From positions 46,914 through 110,913 of the forward strand of contig JBBRLJ010000016.1 of the NCBI GenBank assembly GCA_038231435.1: a stretch of DNA of 64,000 nt, read 5' to 3'. The translations under genes were made by a program, and so were the position numbers. The notes under the pieces were generated by a model. The model did no database searches and was not told where the DNA came from. It was given only the letters and a program-made list of their open reading frames with translations. Positions 40,268-50,232 of the stretch are shown here, piece by piece. Each line of letters begins with the position of its first letter. The first letter of the stretch is position 1. The stretch comes from Planctomycetota bacterium (GTDB lineage: Bacteria > Planctomycetota > UBA11346).

Positions 40268-40330
40268 TTTCTGCTTTCCCTTCTCCTTATCTCCGCCCCC
40301 GCCCCCGCCCCCGCCCCCAAGGCCCATCCC

Positions 40331-42715
40331 ATGCGCACCCTCCTCCCTTCCGACCCGTTCATGGATCTCTCGGACAAGAATTTCTGGGTGCGCGGCCAGT
40401 GGCCGGCGAAGTGGATCTGCGAGACCGTGCACGCCAGCACCGAGCCGGTGGTGGTGGCCTTCCGCCGCCGCTTTCGTCTCGACGCCGCCGCCAGGGTGCG
40501 TGTGCACGTGTCGGCTGATGAGCGCTACGAGCTGTTCGTCGACGGCGAGCGCGTCGGCCGCGGCTCCGAGCGCGGCGATCTCGGCCACTGGTACTTCGAG
40601 ACCTACGATCTCGACCTCGCCGCAGGCGAGCACGTCATCGTCGCCCGCACCTGGTGGCTCGGTCCGCAGGGTCCGTGCCCGTTCGCGCAGTTCTCGGTGC
40701 GCTCGCGCTTCGTGCTGGCGTCAGAAGGCGCGCACGCCGCGCTGCTGGATACGGGCAAGGCTGCATGGGAATGCAAGCGCCTCGGCGGCTACACCTTCCT
40801 GCCGCCGGGAATGGCGTGGGGTGCCGGCGCCAAGGTGCGCATCAGCGGCAAGGACGCGAGCTGGGGCTTCGAGCGCGGCGAGGGCGACGGCTGGAAGCCC
40901 GCCCACGCCGTCGGCCAGTGCGGCAACGCTGATCGCATGATGGATGGCAACGCCACCTGGTTCCTGTCGCCGGCGAAACTGCCACCGATGCTCGACCAGC
41001 CGCTGAACGTCGGCGTCGCGCGACACGTTGAGGTGATCGCGAGCGATGACACCACCAAGCTGTTCGTCTCGTCGACCGCGCACCTGGCCGCGGAAGTCGA
41101 CGGCTGGAACCGCCTGCTCTCCGGCAAGTCGTCGCTGGTGATCCCCGCACGCACGCGGCGGCGCGTGATCGTCGATCTCCAGGACTACCACACCGCCTAT
41201 CCCGAGCTGACGGTCTCGGGCGGCAAGGGCTCCTCGGTGCGCATCCACTGGGCCGAGGGCATGTTCGTCAAGGAGAGCCACGGCTACGGGCCGAAGGGCA
41301 ATCGCGACGAGATCGACGGCAAGCTCTTCGAAGGCATCGGCGACGCCTTCGAGCCCGATGGCGGACGCACGCGTCGGTTCGAGTCGCTGTGGTGGGAATC
41401 CGGTCGCTACCTCGAGGTGGTGGTCATGACTGCCGACGACGCGCTGACCATCGATGCGCTGCGCCTGCGCGAGACCCACTATCCGTTCCAGTGGGACGCG
41501 ACGTTCTCGTCGAGCGACCCGCGCCTGGCGGCGGTGATGGTGCCGGCGATCCGCACGCTCGAAGCGTGCTCCCACGAGACCTATATGGACTGCCCGTACT
41601 ACGAGCAGCTCATGTACGTCGGCGACACGCGACTCGAGGTTCTGGTGACCTACGCGATGACCCGCGACGCCCGCCTGCCGCGCAAGGCCATCGAGCTGTT
41701 CGACCAGTCGCGCGACACCTCTGGTCTCACCCAGTCGCGCTACCCGAGCTTCGCCAAGCAGATGATCCCGCCGTTCTCACTGTGGTGGGTGTGCATGGTG
41801 CACGATTACGCGATGTGGCGCGGCGAGCCGGCCTTCGTCCGCGCGCGCCTGCTCGGCGTGCGTTCGGTGATCGACGCGTTCTGCGCTTTCCTCAACGCCG
41901 ATGGACTGGTCGAGGCTCCGCACGGTTGGAACTTCATGGACTGGGTGCCGAGCTGGAAGAACGGCATGCCGCTCGAAGGCGATACCGGCGTCAGCGGGCC
42001 ACTGAACTGGCAGTTCGCGCTGACCCTGCGCCTCGCCGCCAGTCTCGAGGACATGGTGGGGGATCCCGAGCAGGCGGCTCGCTGCCGGCGGCTCGCCGAC
42101 CGGCTCTCGGCCGCGATCGACGTAACGTTCTGGGACGAGCGCCGCGGACTCTACGCCGACGACCGCGCCAAGACCACGTTCAGCGAGCACGCGCAGTGCC
42201 TGGCGCTGATCGGCGGCAACGTGCCGCCCGCGCGTCGCCCGCGCGTCGAATCGGGGCTGCTCGCGGACGCCGATCTCGCGCGCACCACCATCTACTTCAG
42301 CCACTACCTGTTCGAGACCTACCGCATGCTCGGCCGCACCGATCTGATCATCGGGCGCATGGACCTGTGGTTCTCGCTCGGCGGCCTCGGCCTGCACACC
42401 ACGCTGGAAGCCCCGGAACCGAGCCGCTCCGACTGCCACGCCTGGGGCGCCCATCCGCTGCACCATTACTTCGCGAGCATCCTCGGCATCCGCCCGGCGA
42501 CCTTCGGCTTCGCAACGGTACGCATCGAGCCGAAGCTCGGCCCCCTGGCCTGGGCGAAGGGCACCCTCGCGCATCCGCAGGGCGTGATCGAGGCCGACCT
42601 GCGCGCGTCCGGCGCCGCAGTCACCGGCACGGTCACGTTGCCTCACGGCGTGAGCGGAACCTTCGTCCAGGGCACGAAGGTCATCTCATTGAAGCCTGGG
42701 CTCAATTCGATCTGA
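40331..42715 (+). CDS. GH78-like alpha-L-rhamnosidase (second subfamily)
   Basis: VSADERYELFVDG, YMDCPYYEQLMYVGD, WNFMDW and SRSDCHAWGAHP motifs. Confidence 0.88.
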   Translation: MRTLLPSDPFMDLSDKNFWVRGQWPAKWICETVHASTEPVVVAFRRRFRLDAAARVRVHVSADERYELFVDGERVGRGSERGDLGHWYFETYDLDLAAGEHVIVARTWWLGPQGPCPFAQFSVRSRFVLASEGAHAALLDTGKAAWECKRLGGYTFLPPGMAWGAGAKVRISGKDASWGFERGEGDGWKPAHAVGQCGNADRMMDGNATWFLSPAKLPPMLDQPLNVGVARHVEVIASDDTTKLFVSSTAHLAAEVDGWNRLLSGKSSLVIPARTRRRVIVDLQDYHTAYPELTVSGGKGSSVRIHWAEGMFVKESHGYGPKGNRDEIDGKLFEGIGDAFEPDGGRTRRFESLWWESGRYLEVVVMTADDALTIDALRLRETHYPFQWDATFSSSDPRLAAVMVPAIRTLEACSHETYMDCPYYEQLMYVGDTRLEVLVTYAMTRDARLPRKAIELFDQSRDTSGLTQSRYPSFAKQMIPPFSLWWVCMVHDYAMWRGEPAFVRARLLGVRSVIDAFCAFLNADGLVEAPHGWNFMDWVPSWKNGMPLEGDTGVSGPLNWQFALTLRLAASLEDMVGDPEQAARCRRLADRLSAAIDVTFWDERRGLYADDRAKTTFSEHAQCLALIGGNVPPARRPRVESGLLADADLARTTIYFSHYLFETYRMLGRTDLIIGRMDLWFSLGGLGLHTTLEAPEPSRSDCHAWGAHPLHHYFASILGIRPATFGFATVRIEPKLGPLAWAKGTLAHPQGVIEADLRASGAAVTGTVTLPHGVSGTFVQGTKVISLKPGLNSI

Positions 42716-42733
42716 CACTTCCGATCACCCGCA

Positions 42734-42907
42734 GGGAACGCCTCCCGGGGGGCCCCATCGCTCCGCGATGGGGCGGGCGCCGAGGGGCGGTCGGCGGATA
42801 TAATGGGCGAAGCCCATCCGCCGACGATTTCGCCGGCCCCCGGCGAAATCGAGCCCCGACAAAGCCCGTGGGGTAGGCCCGCCAGGGCCGAAGGGGCGGA
42901 GCCCCTA
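42734..42907 (-). repeat. Family A copy 2
   Basis: Reverse complement TAGGGGCTCCGCCCCTTCGGCCCTGGCGGGCCTACCCCACGGGCTTTGTC...; overlaps the TAG stop of the Gfo gene. Confidence 0.88.
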
Positions 42908-43909
42908 TGTAGAAAGCGGCAACGCGGTGCCGCCTTGCTTGTGGGAACGTTCCGCGGTGCACAGGATGTTGATGTTGCGGGCCGCGCTCTCCGCCGAGAT
43001 ATGCAGAGGCACGCCATCCAGCACGTGCGCGGCGACATTGTCGTACCACTGCTGCGATTTCCACGCGCGGTAGTTGACCTCGATCTTCGCATGGTCGCCG
43101 CCGGCGAGCCGGGTGCTGATCTTGAGCTTGCCGTCATCCCCCCAATGCCAGGGATCAGAGATCGTGCCCTTGTCGCCGAGGATCTTGAAGCGCTGCAGCT
43201 CATCGAACACCAGGCCCGACACCGTGACGAGGGCGCGCGCGCCCGAGGCGAAATTGATCGTCACCTGGCCATGGTCCTCATTGAGTTTCGGATCCGTGCC
43301 TGGCTTGGTGTACAACCAACCCGAGACCGACGTCACCTCGCTCTTCGCCAGGTGCACCGAGTAGTCCACCAGGTGCGCACCCCAGTCGAAGAGCACGCCG
43401 CCGCTGGCGATCTTGTCGCCGCGCCAGGTCGGCGAGCGGCCGGAATAGCCGATGCCGGTGTTGATCTCGAAGACGTTGCCGATGAGCCCGTCGTCGATCG
43501 CGCTCTTGGCCGCGAGGTACCAGGGATCGAAGCGGCGGTTGTGGTAGACGGTGAGGGACTTGCCGGTCTCCTTCGCCGCCTTGACCATCGCCTGGGCATC
43601 TACGTAGGTGGTGGCCATGGGCTTCTCGACCACCACCGCGGCGCCGGCCTTCAGGCATTGGATGGCCTGGGGCGCGTGCAGGTTGTGCGGCGTGGCGATC
43701 GACACCAGCGTGGGCTTCTCCTTCGCGAGCATCTGCTCGATCGAGGTATAGAAGGGCACGCCGGCGAACTCCTTGTCCGCCACCTCCTTCGCCTTCGGAT
43801 TCGCGTCGCACACGCCAACCAGATCGACGCGCCCGGTGTCGAGCTGGAACTTGCCGTGGTGCTTGCCGATGCCGCCGATGCCAATGACCGCGCCGCGGAT
43901 TCTGCTCAT
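42905..43909 (-). CDS. Gfo/Idh/MocA family oxidoreductase
   Basis: VIGIGGIG, IATPHNLH, VEKPM, HNRRF and GGVLFDWGAHLVD motifs. Confidence 0.93.
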   Translation of the reverse strand: MSRIRGAVIGIGGIGKHHGKFQLDTGRVDLVGVCDANPKAKEVADKEFAGVPFYTSIEQMLAKEKPTLVSIATPHNLHAPQAIQCLKAGAAVVVEKPMATTYVDAQAMVKAAKETGKSLTVYHNRRFDPWYLAAKSAIDDGLIGNVFEINTGIGYSGRSPTWRGDKIASGGVLFDWGAHLVDYSVHLAKSEVTSVSGWLYTKPGTDPKLNEDHGQVTINFASGARALVTVSGLVFDELQRFKILGDKGTISDPWHWGDDGKLKISTRLAGGDHAKIEVNYRAWKSQQWYDNVAAHVLDGVPLHISAESAARNINILCTAERSHKQGGTALPLST

Positions 43910-43987
43910 GTCGTGATGTGTCCTGTTGGTTGCAGAAGGTTTGCTGGAGGAGTCGAGAAGGGGGGAATGATGACGAGGTCTGGGGGA

Positions 43988-44749
43988 TCAGTAGCCGAAC
44001 GACTGCTTCAGATAACGCCGGCTGATGGCCACGCTGTCCTTCGGGTCGATCGCGGTCTTGTCCTGTTCGATCATCACCCAGCGCACCTGCTTCATGCCCG
44101 GAAGCACGCGCATGATCGCGGCGAAGTCGACCTTGCCCTGGCCGAGTTCGATCCAGCCGGCGTCGTCGAAATCCTTGAAATGCAGGTATCCGATCCGGTC
44201 GGCGTGGCGGCTCAGGAACGCGGCGGGATCGTCGCCGCCCTTGAGCACCCAAGCCACGTCGATGCACAGATCGCAGGCTTGCGGATCCAGGCCTTCGATC
44301 AGCAGATCCATGCCCGACCTGCCATCGAAGCGTTCGGTGAACTCGAAGTCGTGATTGTGGTAGTGGAGGCGGATGCCCTCCTTGCGCAGCTCGCGGCCGA
44401 TCTGGTTGAGCTTGGCGATCGAATCGCGGTACATCGCCGCGGTGCGGTTCTGCCACTCCAGGATTCCCGAGTTGCAGATGTCGGACGACTCCATGGCGTG
44501 CATGTGCTCGATCAGCGGTTTCGCATCGAGCAGTCCGCTCATCGAGGTATGGGCGGCCGCGAATGTCAGTCCGCGGCGATCGAGCGCGGCCTTGAAGCCC
44601 GGCTGGGCCTTGGTGCCGCCTTCGACCGAGCCGTAACCCGCGGCGACGACGGCGTCGAGGATCAGCTCGCTGTCCTTCGCCATGTCGTACTTCGAGCCGA
44701 ACACGCCCAATTGCGATCCCACTGGAGGCAGCTGCGAAGGAGGCGTCAT
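43988..44749 (-). CDS. Sugar phosphate isomerase/epimerase (xylose isomerase-like TIM barrel)
   Basis: YHNHDFEF, DVAW, LHFKD, ELGQG.VDF and IEQD motifs. Confidence 0.9.
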   Translation of the reverse strand: MTPPSQLPPVGSQLGVFGSKYDMAKDSELILDAVVAAGYGSVEGGTKAQPGFKAALDRRGLTFAAAHTSMSGLLDAKPLIEHMHAMESSDICNSGILEWQNRTAAMYRDSIAKLNQIGRELRKEGIRLHYHNHDFEFTERFDGRSGMDLLIEGLDPQACDLCIDVAWVLKGGDDPAAFLSRHADRIGYLHFKDFDDAGWIELGQGKVDFAAIMRVLPGMKQVRWVMIEQDKTAIDPKDSVAISRRYLKQSFGY

Positions 44750-44934
44750 GGAGGCTCCGATGCGCGCCCGATCGATGCGGCGCTGACGGGGATTCTTCCG
44801 CGCACGCGAGGTGCTCAAGGATTTTCGCTCACCGTGGCGACGGGATCACGCCGCGTGCCAACTCTCGTGGGATGTCCCAGGGGACGCTCCGGAGCGCTCC
44901 CCGTGCGCGCCAGGGCGCGCACGGCCGTAGCTGG

Positions 44935-46161
44935 TCACTTCCGCGGCGCGCCGCCGTTCTGTGGCCGCAGTCTCCAAGCCGGCCGCGGCGGAGGCTGCCA
45001 ATCGATCGTCACCGCATGCTCCACGATGCGGTAGGCGCCGCCTCCCGGAAGTTCGGCGAACTCGATGCCGGCCTTGCGCGCCTCATCCAATGTCTCCGCC
45101 CAGCGACCATCGCGCTTCGCCGCCTCGGCGAGCTGCGAGGACAGGTGATACATGCGGTGCTCCGCCCGGCTGCGCTCCAATCCGGGACTGGTGACAGTGC
45201 CATCGCGCAGGGTGAGATCGAATCCGAATGGATCGCTCCTCAGGGCGAGACGCCCAGCGTCGATGGTCACCGGGCCCCAGGGCGGAGGCCCCGCGGGGTA
45301 GCGAGCCGCGACCGACTCGGGCTCGAGCGCATCGGCGAGCAGCAACGGAGGGATGCCGTGACGTGAGCGGTAGGCGTCGACGAGCGCCTGCAGCTCGGTC
45401 ACGGCGAAGCGCGCGAGCTGGTCGCGCATGGTGTGTTCGATGTAGTCGGCGGTCGGCGATCCCGGGGTCGACGAGGCGAGCTGGTCCTGCCAGTAGCCGA
45501 TCTGATCGAGTCCGCGGTACTGGCGCCGTGCCATCGCCGTCTTCCAATCCCACACCTGGCGCTTCTCGTTGTAGGTGCTCTCGGCCGCTTCCCACTGATC
45601 GAGGAACGCCTCCATGGACGCGGGCTGGCGTTCCTCCCACTGGTAGTTGGTGTGCAGCTCGGCTGCCGCCTGTCGCCACAGCGCGGTGGACCGAGGCATC
45701 TCGATGGTGCCGCGCATCAGGTAGCCCAACGCGATGTCATGGCGGTTCTCGAGCGCTCCGGTGTTGAAGGCCGCGTGCTGGTAGAAGAGCTCGAAGTGGG
45801 GATCGAGGTCGATGAGCATGTCGTACAGGCGCCGGAAGCCGCTCTCGCCGGTGCCGGCGAGGGTGTCGTCGTGGCGATCGAGCTGCAGCTCGAAGTACGC
45901 GAAGCTGTCGATCCAACGCAGTTTCGCCGCCGCCGCCGGGTGTCCCATGCTGAGCATGCGCGCCATCACCGGAGAGGGCAGGAAGGACAGGTCCTTGGTG
46001 CGCGGCACCATGGCGCGCTCACCGAAGCGCTGCGAATTCCACCACGCGGCGGTGGCCAGCAGCGCGAGGATGATCGGCCAGCACGGCAATCGCGAGTTCC
46101 TCGGAGGTGTTGGAGTCGCCGATGGAGCGGCCGCTGGAGATGCCGCCGAGGCTCGCTTCAC
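44935..46161 (-). CDS. Membrane-anchored helical-repeat protein, PilG/Xap-like
   Basis: GTGA overlap with the permease; TM helix then LSFLP...A.LRWI..F.Y...LYDMLIDLDPHF..FY pattern. Confidence 0.6.
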   Translation of the reverse strand: MKRASAASPAAAPSATPTPPRNSRLPCWPIILALLATAAWWNSQRFGERAMVPRTKDLSFLPSPVMARMLSMGHPAAAAKLRWIDSFAYFELQLDRHDDTLAGTGESGFRRLYDMLIDLDPHFELFYQHAAFNTGALENRHDIALGYLMRGTIEMPRSTALWRQAAAELHTNYQWEERQPASMEAFLDQWEAAESTYNEKRQVWDWKTAMARRQYRGLDQIGYWQDQLASSTPGSPTADYIEHTMRDQLARFAVTELQALVDAYRSRHGIPPLLLADALEPESVAARYPAGPPPWGPVTIDAGRLALRSDPFGFDLTLRDGTVTSPGLERSRAEHRMYHLSSQLAEAAKRDGRWAETLDEARKAGIEFAELPGGGAYRIVEHAVTIDWQPPPRPAWRLRPQNGGAPRK

Positions 46162-46913
46162 AGCTGTTTCCGCCGCAGCACCGACACCGTGACCGTCACC
46201 AGCAGGGCGATCCACATCACCCCATAGAGCAGCCGCATCGCCGTGTCCTCGGGCGAGATGGGCAGGCCGTGCACTGCCTGGTCGCGGTACTCATAGAGCG
46301 ACAGGTTCGGGACCAGGCAGGCCAGCCACACGCAGATGGTGGCCTGGAATCCCTGCAGGTGGTACATCAGCTGGGGAAGCGATCCCACCGCGTGACCGAT
46401 CGCATAGGTCGCCAGGCACAGCACCGTTGCCAGCAGCGGGCTCGACAGCGACGTCCAGCACAGGCTCACCGCCGCCATCACCAGCACCTCGACGGTGGTG
46501 AGCGCGCCCGCGAGCACCATCCAGGCGTTCACCGGCGCGCCTGTCAGCGCCAGGTAGCCGAGGCCGAGCGCGAGCATCGCCGATTGGCCGCAGGCGAGCG
46601 CGAGCGCCAGGCCGAGGAACTTTCCGACCACGAAATGCCAGCGCCGCACCGGTCGCGAGAGCACGGTGTAGAGGGTCTTCTGCTGGATCTCGGTCTGCAC
46701 CAGGGCGGTGCCGGTCGCCACCGCTACCAGCACGCCGATGATGCTCTGCAGGCTCATCACCATGTTGGCGGTGATGAGGTTGCCGTCGGTGCCGCTGATC
46801 CATCCAACCAGGCGCGACATCATCACCGCGCAGGCGTAGAGGCCGAGCAGCGAGAGGAAGGCGCGCGAGCGCGCCGCCTCGCGGAAGGTGGCGCCGGCGA
46901 TGATGGCGATCAT
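46158..46913 (-). CDS. ABC-2 type permease (PilI/XapC-like)
   Basis: IA.ATFREAARSR, EIQQKTLYTVLSRPVRRWHFVVGKFLG, about six TM helices, terminal RRKQL. Confidence 0.88.
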   Translation of the reverse strand: MIAIIAGATFREAARSRAFLSLLGLYACAVMMSRLVGWISGTDGNLITANMVMSLQSIIGVLVAVATGTALVQTEIQQKTLYTVLSRPVRRWHFVVGKFLGLALALACGQSAMLALGLGYLALTGAPVNAWMVLAGALTTVEVLVMAAVSLCWTSLSSPLLATVLCLATYAIGHAVGSLPQLMYHLQGFQATICVWLACLVPNLSLYEYRDQAVHGLPISPEDTAMRLLYGVMWIALLVTVTVSVLRRKQL

Positions 46914-47869
46914 GGCCGCTCTCCGCGGCTCTTCGTGGATGTCGCTGATGCTGCTGATGCCGCCAGCGGCGAGCCCGCGCCGTGGTGGGCGCGCACACGC
47001 GAGACGAACCACGCCTCGAGATCCAAGCGGTGGCGTTCGAGACGCAGGATCTCGGCACCGGCCGGAAGGCTCGCGAGAGCGCGGGCACGATCGCTCTCGG
47101 GGAACGACAGGCGCCAGGTCCCGTCGGCGAGATCGGCCGCTCCGGCGGGGATCGGACCCGAGCCGGTGAGCTCGAGAGGCGCCTGGCCGAGCAGGTCGGC
47201 GATGCGGCCCTGCTCGAGGACCGTGCCGTGGTCGATGACGCCGTAGCGGTCGCAGAGATCCTCGACATCGCTGAGGATGTGGCTGGAGAAGAACAGCGTT
47301 GCGCCGCGCTTGCGCTCGAGCGCCATGACCTCCTTGAAGCGTGCCCGCCACAACGGATCGAGCCCCGAGAACGGCTCGTCGAGCACCAGCAGATCCGGCT
47401 GGTGGAAGATCGCCTGGGCGAGGCCGAAACGCTGGCGCATGCCTTTCGAGAAGCTCTTGAGCTTGCGCGCGCGCAGGTCGCCCAGGTCGAGCAGCTGGTA
47501 GACGCGCTCGCGCGCCGGGCCGATCTGCGCCTTGGTCATCCCCGACAAGCGGCCGAGATACGCCAGGTACTCCTCGAGGGCGAGGTTGTCGTAGAAGTAC
47601 GGTTGCTCGGGCAGGTAACCGAGACGCGCGCGCAGGCGATGATCGCCGATGGGCGAACCGAACAGGCGGATGGCGCCGCCGTGTCCGTGCAGAAGGCCCA
47701 TCAGCAGCTTGATGCTGGTCGACTTGCCGGCGCCATTGGCTCCGAGGAATCCGTAGGCGCATCCGGCCGGCACCGCGAGCGTCACCTGGCGCAGGGCATC
47801 GATGCGGTTGAGCCAATCCCCCCGGTACGAGAACGAGACGTCGGCATAGGACACGATGTCGTCGGACAT
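46910..47869 (-). CDS. ABC transporter ATP-binding protein (PilH/XapD-like)
   Basis: GANGAGKST, LGYLPEQPYFY, FSKGMRQR, LDEPFSGLDP and SSHILSDVE motifs. Confidence 0.93.
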   Translation of the reverse strand: MSDDIVSYADVSFSYRGDWLNRIDALRQVTLAVPAGCAYGFLGANGAGKSTSIKLLMGLLHGHGGAIRLFGSPIGDHRLRARLGYLPEQPYFYDNLALEEYLAYLGRLSGMTKAQIGPARERVYQLLDLGDLRARKLKSFSKGMRQRFGLAQAIFHQPDLLVLDEPFSGLDPLWRARFKEVMALERKRGATLFFSSHILSDVEDLCDRYGVIDHGTVLEQGRIADLLGQAPLELTGSGPIPAGAADLADGTWRLSFPESDRARALASLPAGAEILRLERHRLDLEAWFVSRVRAHHGAGSPLAASAASATSTKSRGERP

Positions 47870-47995
47870 GCCGTCACTGTGACCCGGCGGGCGGTTGCTG
47901 TCCAGGAGTCAGGAGCGTTCGGGTCGAGGCTCTGCGCGGGAAAGTTCGCACGGAGCCGTACGTCCCCGGTGCTTCGTCATGAACGCCTTGGTCTT

Positions 47996-48637
47996 CTACG
48001 CCCCGCCGGGTGCGCGGCGCCCGGCCCGCCAACGACGGATCAGGCCGATGGCGATGGGCAGGAAGGAAACGGCGACCACCAGGATCACGAGGTAGTGCAT
48101 GTTCTTCACCATGGTTTCGTCCTGCGCAGCGGCGTAACCCAGACCGGTCATGGATAAGATCCAGGCGATGCCTCCGAGCACGGTCCACAGCAGCATGGGA
48201 ACCCAGCGCATGCCCGCCATGCCTGCGGCGAACGGTACGAACGTCCGCACCACCGGGATGAATCGCCCGGCGACAATGGCCCAACCGCCGTATTTCCTGT
48301 AGAAATCCTCGGCTTCCTGAAGGTGTCGTCTTTTGAACAACAGGCTGTCTGGCCGGCCGCGCACGTGGTCACCGGTCATTGTGCCGAACCAGAAGTTGAG
48401 ACAGTTCCCGGCAACCGCCGCGACGATCAGGAGGCTTACGACCGGGACGAACGACAGTACCTCCGGGTGGAGCCCGCAAACGACGCCGGCCGTGACCAGC
48501 AGGCTGTCGCCAGGCAAAAAGAAGCCGATGAACAGTCCCGTTTCCGCGAACACGATGCTTGCCAGCAGCAGGAGTCCGCCGCTGCTTACGAGGTGCTTGA
48601 GTCCCTCGTGATCATACAGCGTGTGTATCCAGTCCAT
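47996..48637 (-). CDS. DedA/VTT family membrane protein
   Basis: IVFAETGLFIGFFLPGDSLL and GRFIPVVRTFVPFAAG motifs. Confidence 0.93.
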   Translation of the reverse strand: MDWIHTLYDHEGLKHLVSSGGLLLLASIVFAETGLFIGFFLPGDSLLVTAGVVCGLHPEVLSFVPVVSLLIVAAVAGNCLNFWFGTMTGDHVRGRPDSLLFKRRHLQEAEDFYRKYGGWAIVAGRFIPVVRTFVPFAAGMAGMRWVPMLLWTVLGGIAWILSMTGLGYAAAQDETMVKNMHYLVILVVAVSFLPIAIGLIRRWRAGRRAPGGA

Positions 48638-48708
48638 CCCGCCCAGGGTGTAGGACCGGGGTGCTACGGAAAGAGCATAGTGCAGGGGCTTCGGCTTCGG
48701 CTGTCCTA

Positions 48709-48869
48709 CCCGGGCGAAGCCCGTCCCAGCCGCGGCAACGCCGCCGGCCGCCGAGGCCTGGTTTGCGTGAATAATGGGCGCAGCCCATCACGCAAACGAA
48801 TTGGCCGGTAGGGACAATTCGAAGGCCGACAAAGGCCGTGGGGGCTCGGGGGCGGAGCCCCCGAAACAC
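48709..48869 (-). repeat. Family B copy 4
   Basis: Reverse complement GTGTTTCGGGGGCTCCGCCCCCGAGCCCCCACGGCCTTTGTCGGCC...; directly after the amt stop. Confidence 0.88.
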
Positions 48870-50216
48870 CTAAACCCGCTCTTCGATCGAATACGCGACC
48901 TCGTTGTGCTGATCGAGATCCACGCCGCCGGCTTCGACGGCCTGCGGAACGCGCAGGCCGATGGTGAGGTCGATGGCCTTGGCACAGATGTACGTGCCGG
49001 CCGCGGCCCAACCGATGGTGATCAGCACGCACTTGGCCTGGATCCACAGCTGGGCGCCGATGCTGACGTCGCTGCCGGCCATCGCCTTGGTCGCGAAGCA
49101 AGCGAGCAGTACCGTGCCGACGATGCCGCCGACGCCATGCACGCCGAACACGTCCAGGGTGTCGTCGTACGAGAAGCGGCGTTTGAAGACGGTCACGAAG
49201 AAGTAGCACAGCACGCAAGCGACCGCGCCGATGACGATGGCGCCGGGAAGCTCGACGAAGCCGCAGGCGGGCGTGATCGCCACCAGCCCGGCGAGCGAGC
49301 CGGTGACCACCCCGAGCGCGCTCGGCTTGCCGAAGCGGACCCATTCGATGAACATCCAGATGGTCGCGGCGACTGCCGAGGCCACGTGCGTGTTGAGCAT
49401 CGCCATCCCCGCGATGGCGCCCGAGGTGCCGGCGCTGCCGGCGTTGAAGCCGAACCACCCGACCCACAGCATACCGCCGCCGACCACCGCGAGCGCGATG
49501 GAGTGCGGCAGCATCGGCGTGTTCGGATAGCCGAGGCGTTTGCCGACTACCATCGCGGCGATGAGGCCGGAAATCCCGGAATTGGTCTCCACCACGCAGC
49601 CACCGGCGAAATCGAACACGCCCCACGAATGGAAGAGTCCGGTGGGCGCCCAGGTCATGTGGCAGATCGGCAGGTAGACCAGGGTGAACCATGCGGCGGT
49701 GAAGATCATCACCGCCGAGAACTTCACGCGCTCGGCGAAGGCGCTGATGATCAGCGCCGGGGTGATGATCGCGAAGGTCAGCTGGAAGCAGCAGTAGACG
49801 GACTCCGGAATCGTTCCCGCTCCCGGATGCACGCTCGAAGGATGCACGCCAGCGAGGAACGCCACGCTCAGGTCGCCGATGAATGCGTGCAGTCCACCCA
49901 CGGGCCCGCCGGTGGGATAGAAGGCCAGGCTGTAGCCGTACGCCACCCACAGCACGGTGACCAGGCAGGTGATGGCGAAGCACTGCATGAAGATGGACAG
50001 CGCGTTCTTGGCGCGCACCAGGCCCGCATAGAGCAGCGACAGCCCGGGGATGGTCATGAACAGGACCAGCGCGGTCGAGATCAGCATCCAGGCGGTGTCG
50101 CCGCTGTTGATGGGCGAGGGCGCCGCCGGGGACGCGCCGTCGTCGGCGAAGCACGCCACGGGGAGGCTGAGCGCGGCGGCGCGGATGAGGTGTCGGAACA
50201 GGGGATGGACGTGCAC
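48870..50216 (-). CDS. amtB: Ammonium transporter (Amt/AmtB)
   Basis: Signal peptide, GDTAWML, FQLTFA, ERVKF, DFAGG, WVGWFGFNAGS, AGLVAITP and DDTLDVFGVHG motifs. Confidence 0.95.
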   Translation of the reverse strand: MHVHPLFRHLIRAAALSLPVACFADDGASPAAPSPINSGDTAWMLISTALVLFMTIPGLSLLYAGLVRAKNALSIFMQCFAITCLVTVLWVAYGYSLAFYPTGGPVGGLHAFIGDLSVAFLAGVHPSSVHPGAGTIPESVYCCFQLTFAIITPALIISAFAERVKFSAVMIFTAAWFTLVYLPICHMTWAPTGLFHSWGVFDFAGGCVVETNSGISGLIAAMVVGKRLGYPNTPMLPHSIALAVVGGGMLWVGWFGFNAGSAGTSGAIAGMAMLNTHVASAVAATIWMFIEWVRFGKPSALGVVTGSLAGLVAITPACGFVELPGAIVIGAVACVLCYFFVTVFKRRFSYDDTLDVFGVHGVGGIVGTVLLACFATKAMAGSDVSIGAQLWIQAKCVLITIGWAAAGTYICAKAIDLTIGLRVPQAVEAGGVDLDQHNEVAYSIEERV

Positions 50217-50232
50217 GGTGGCGCCTTCGGGA

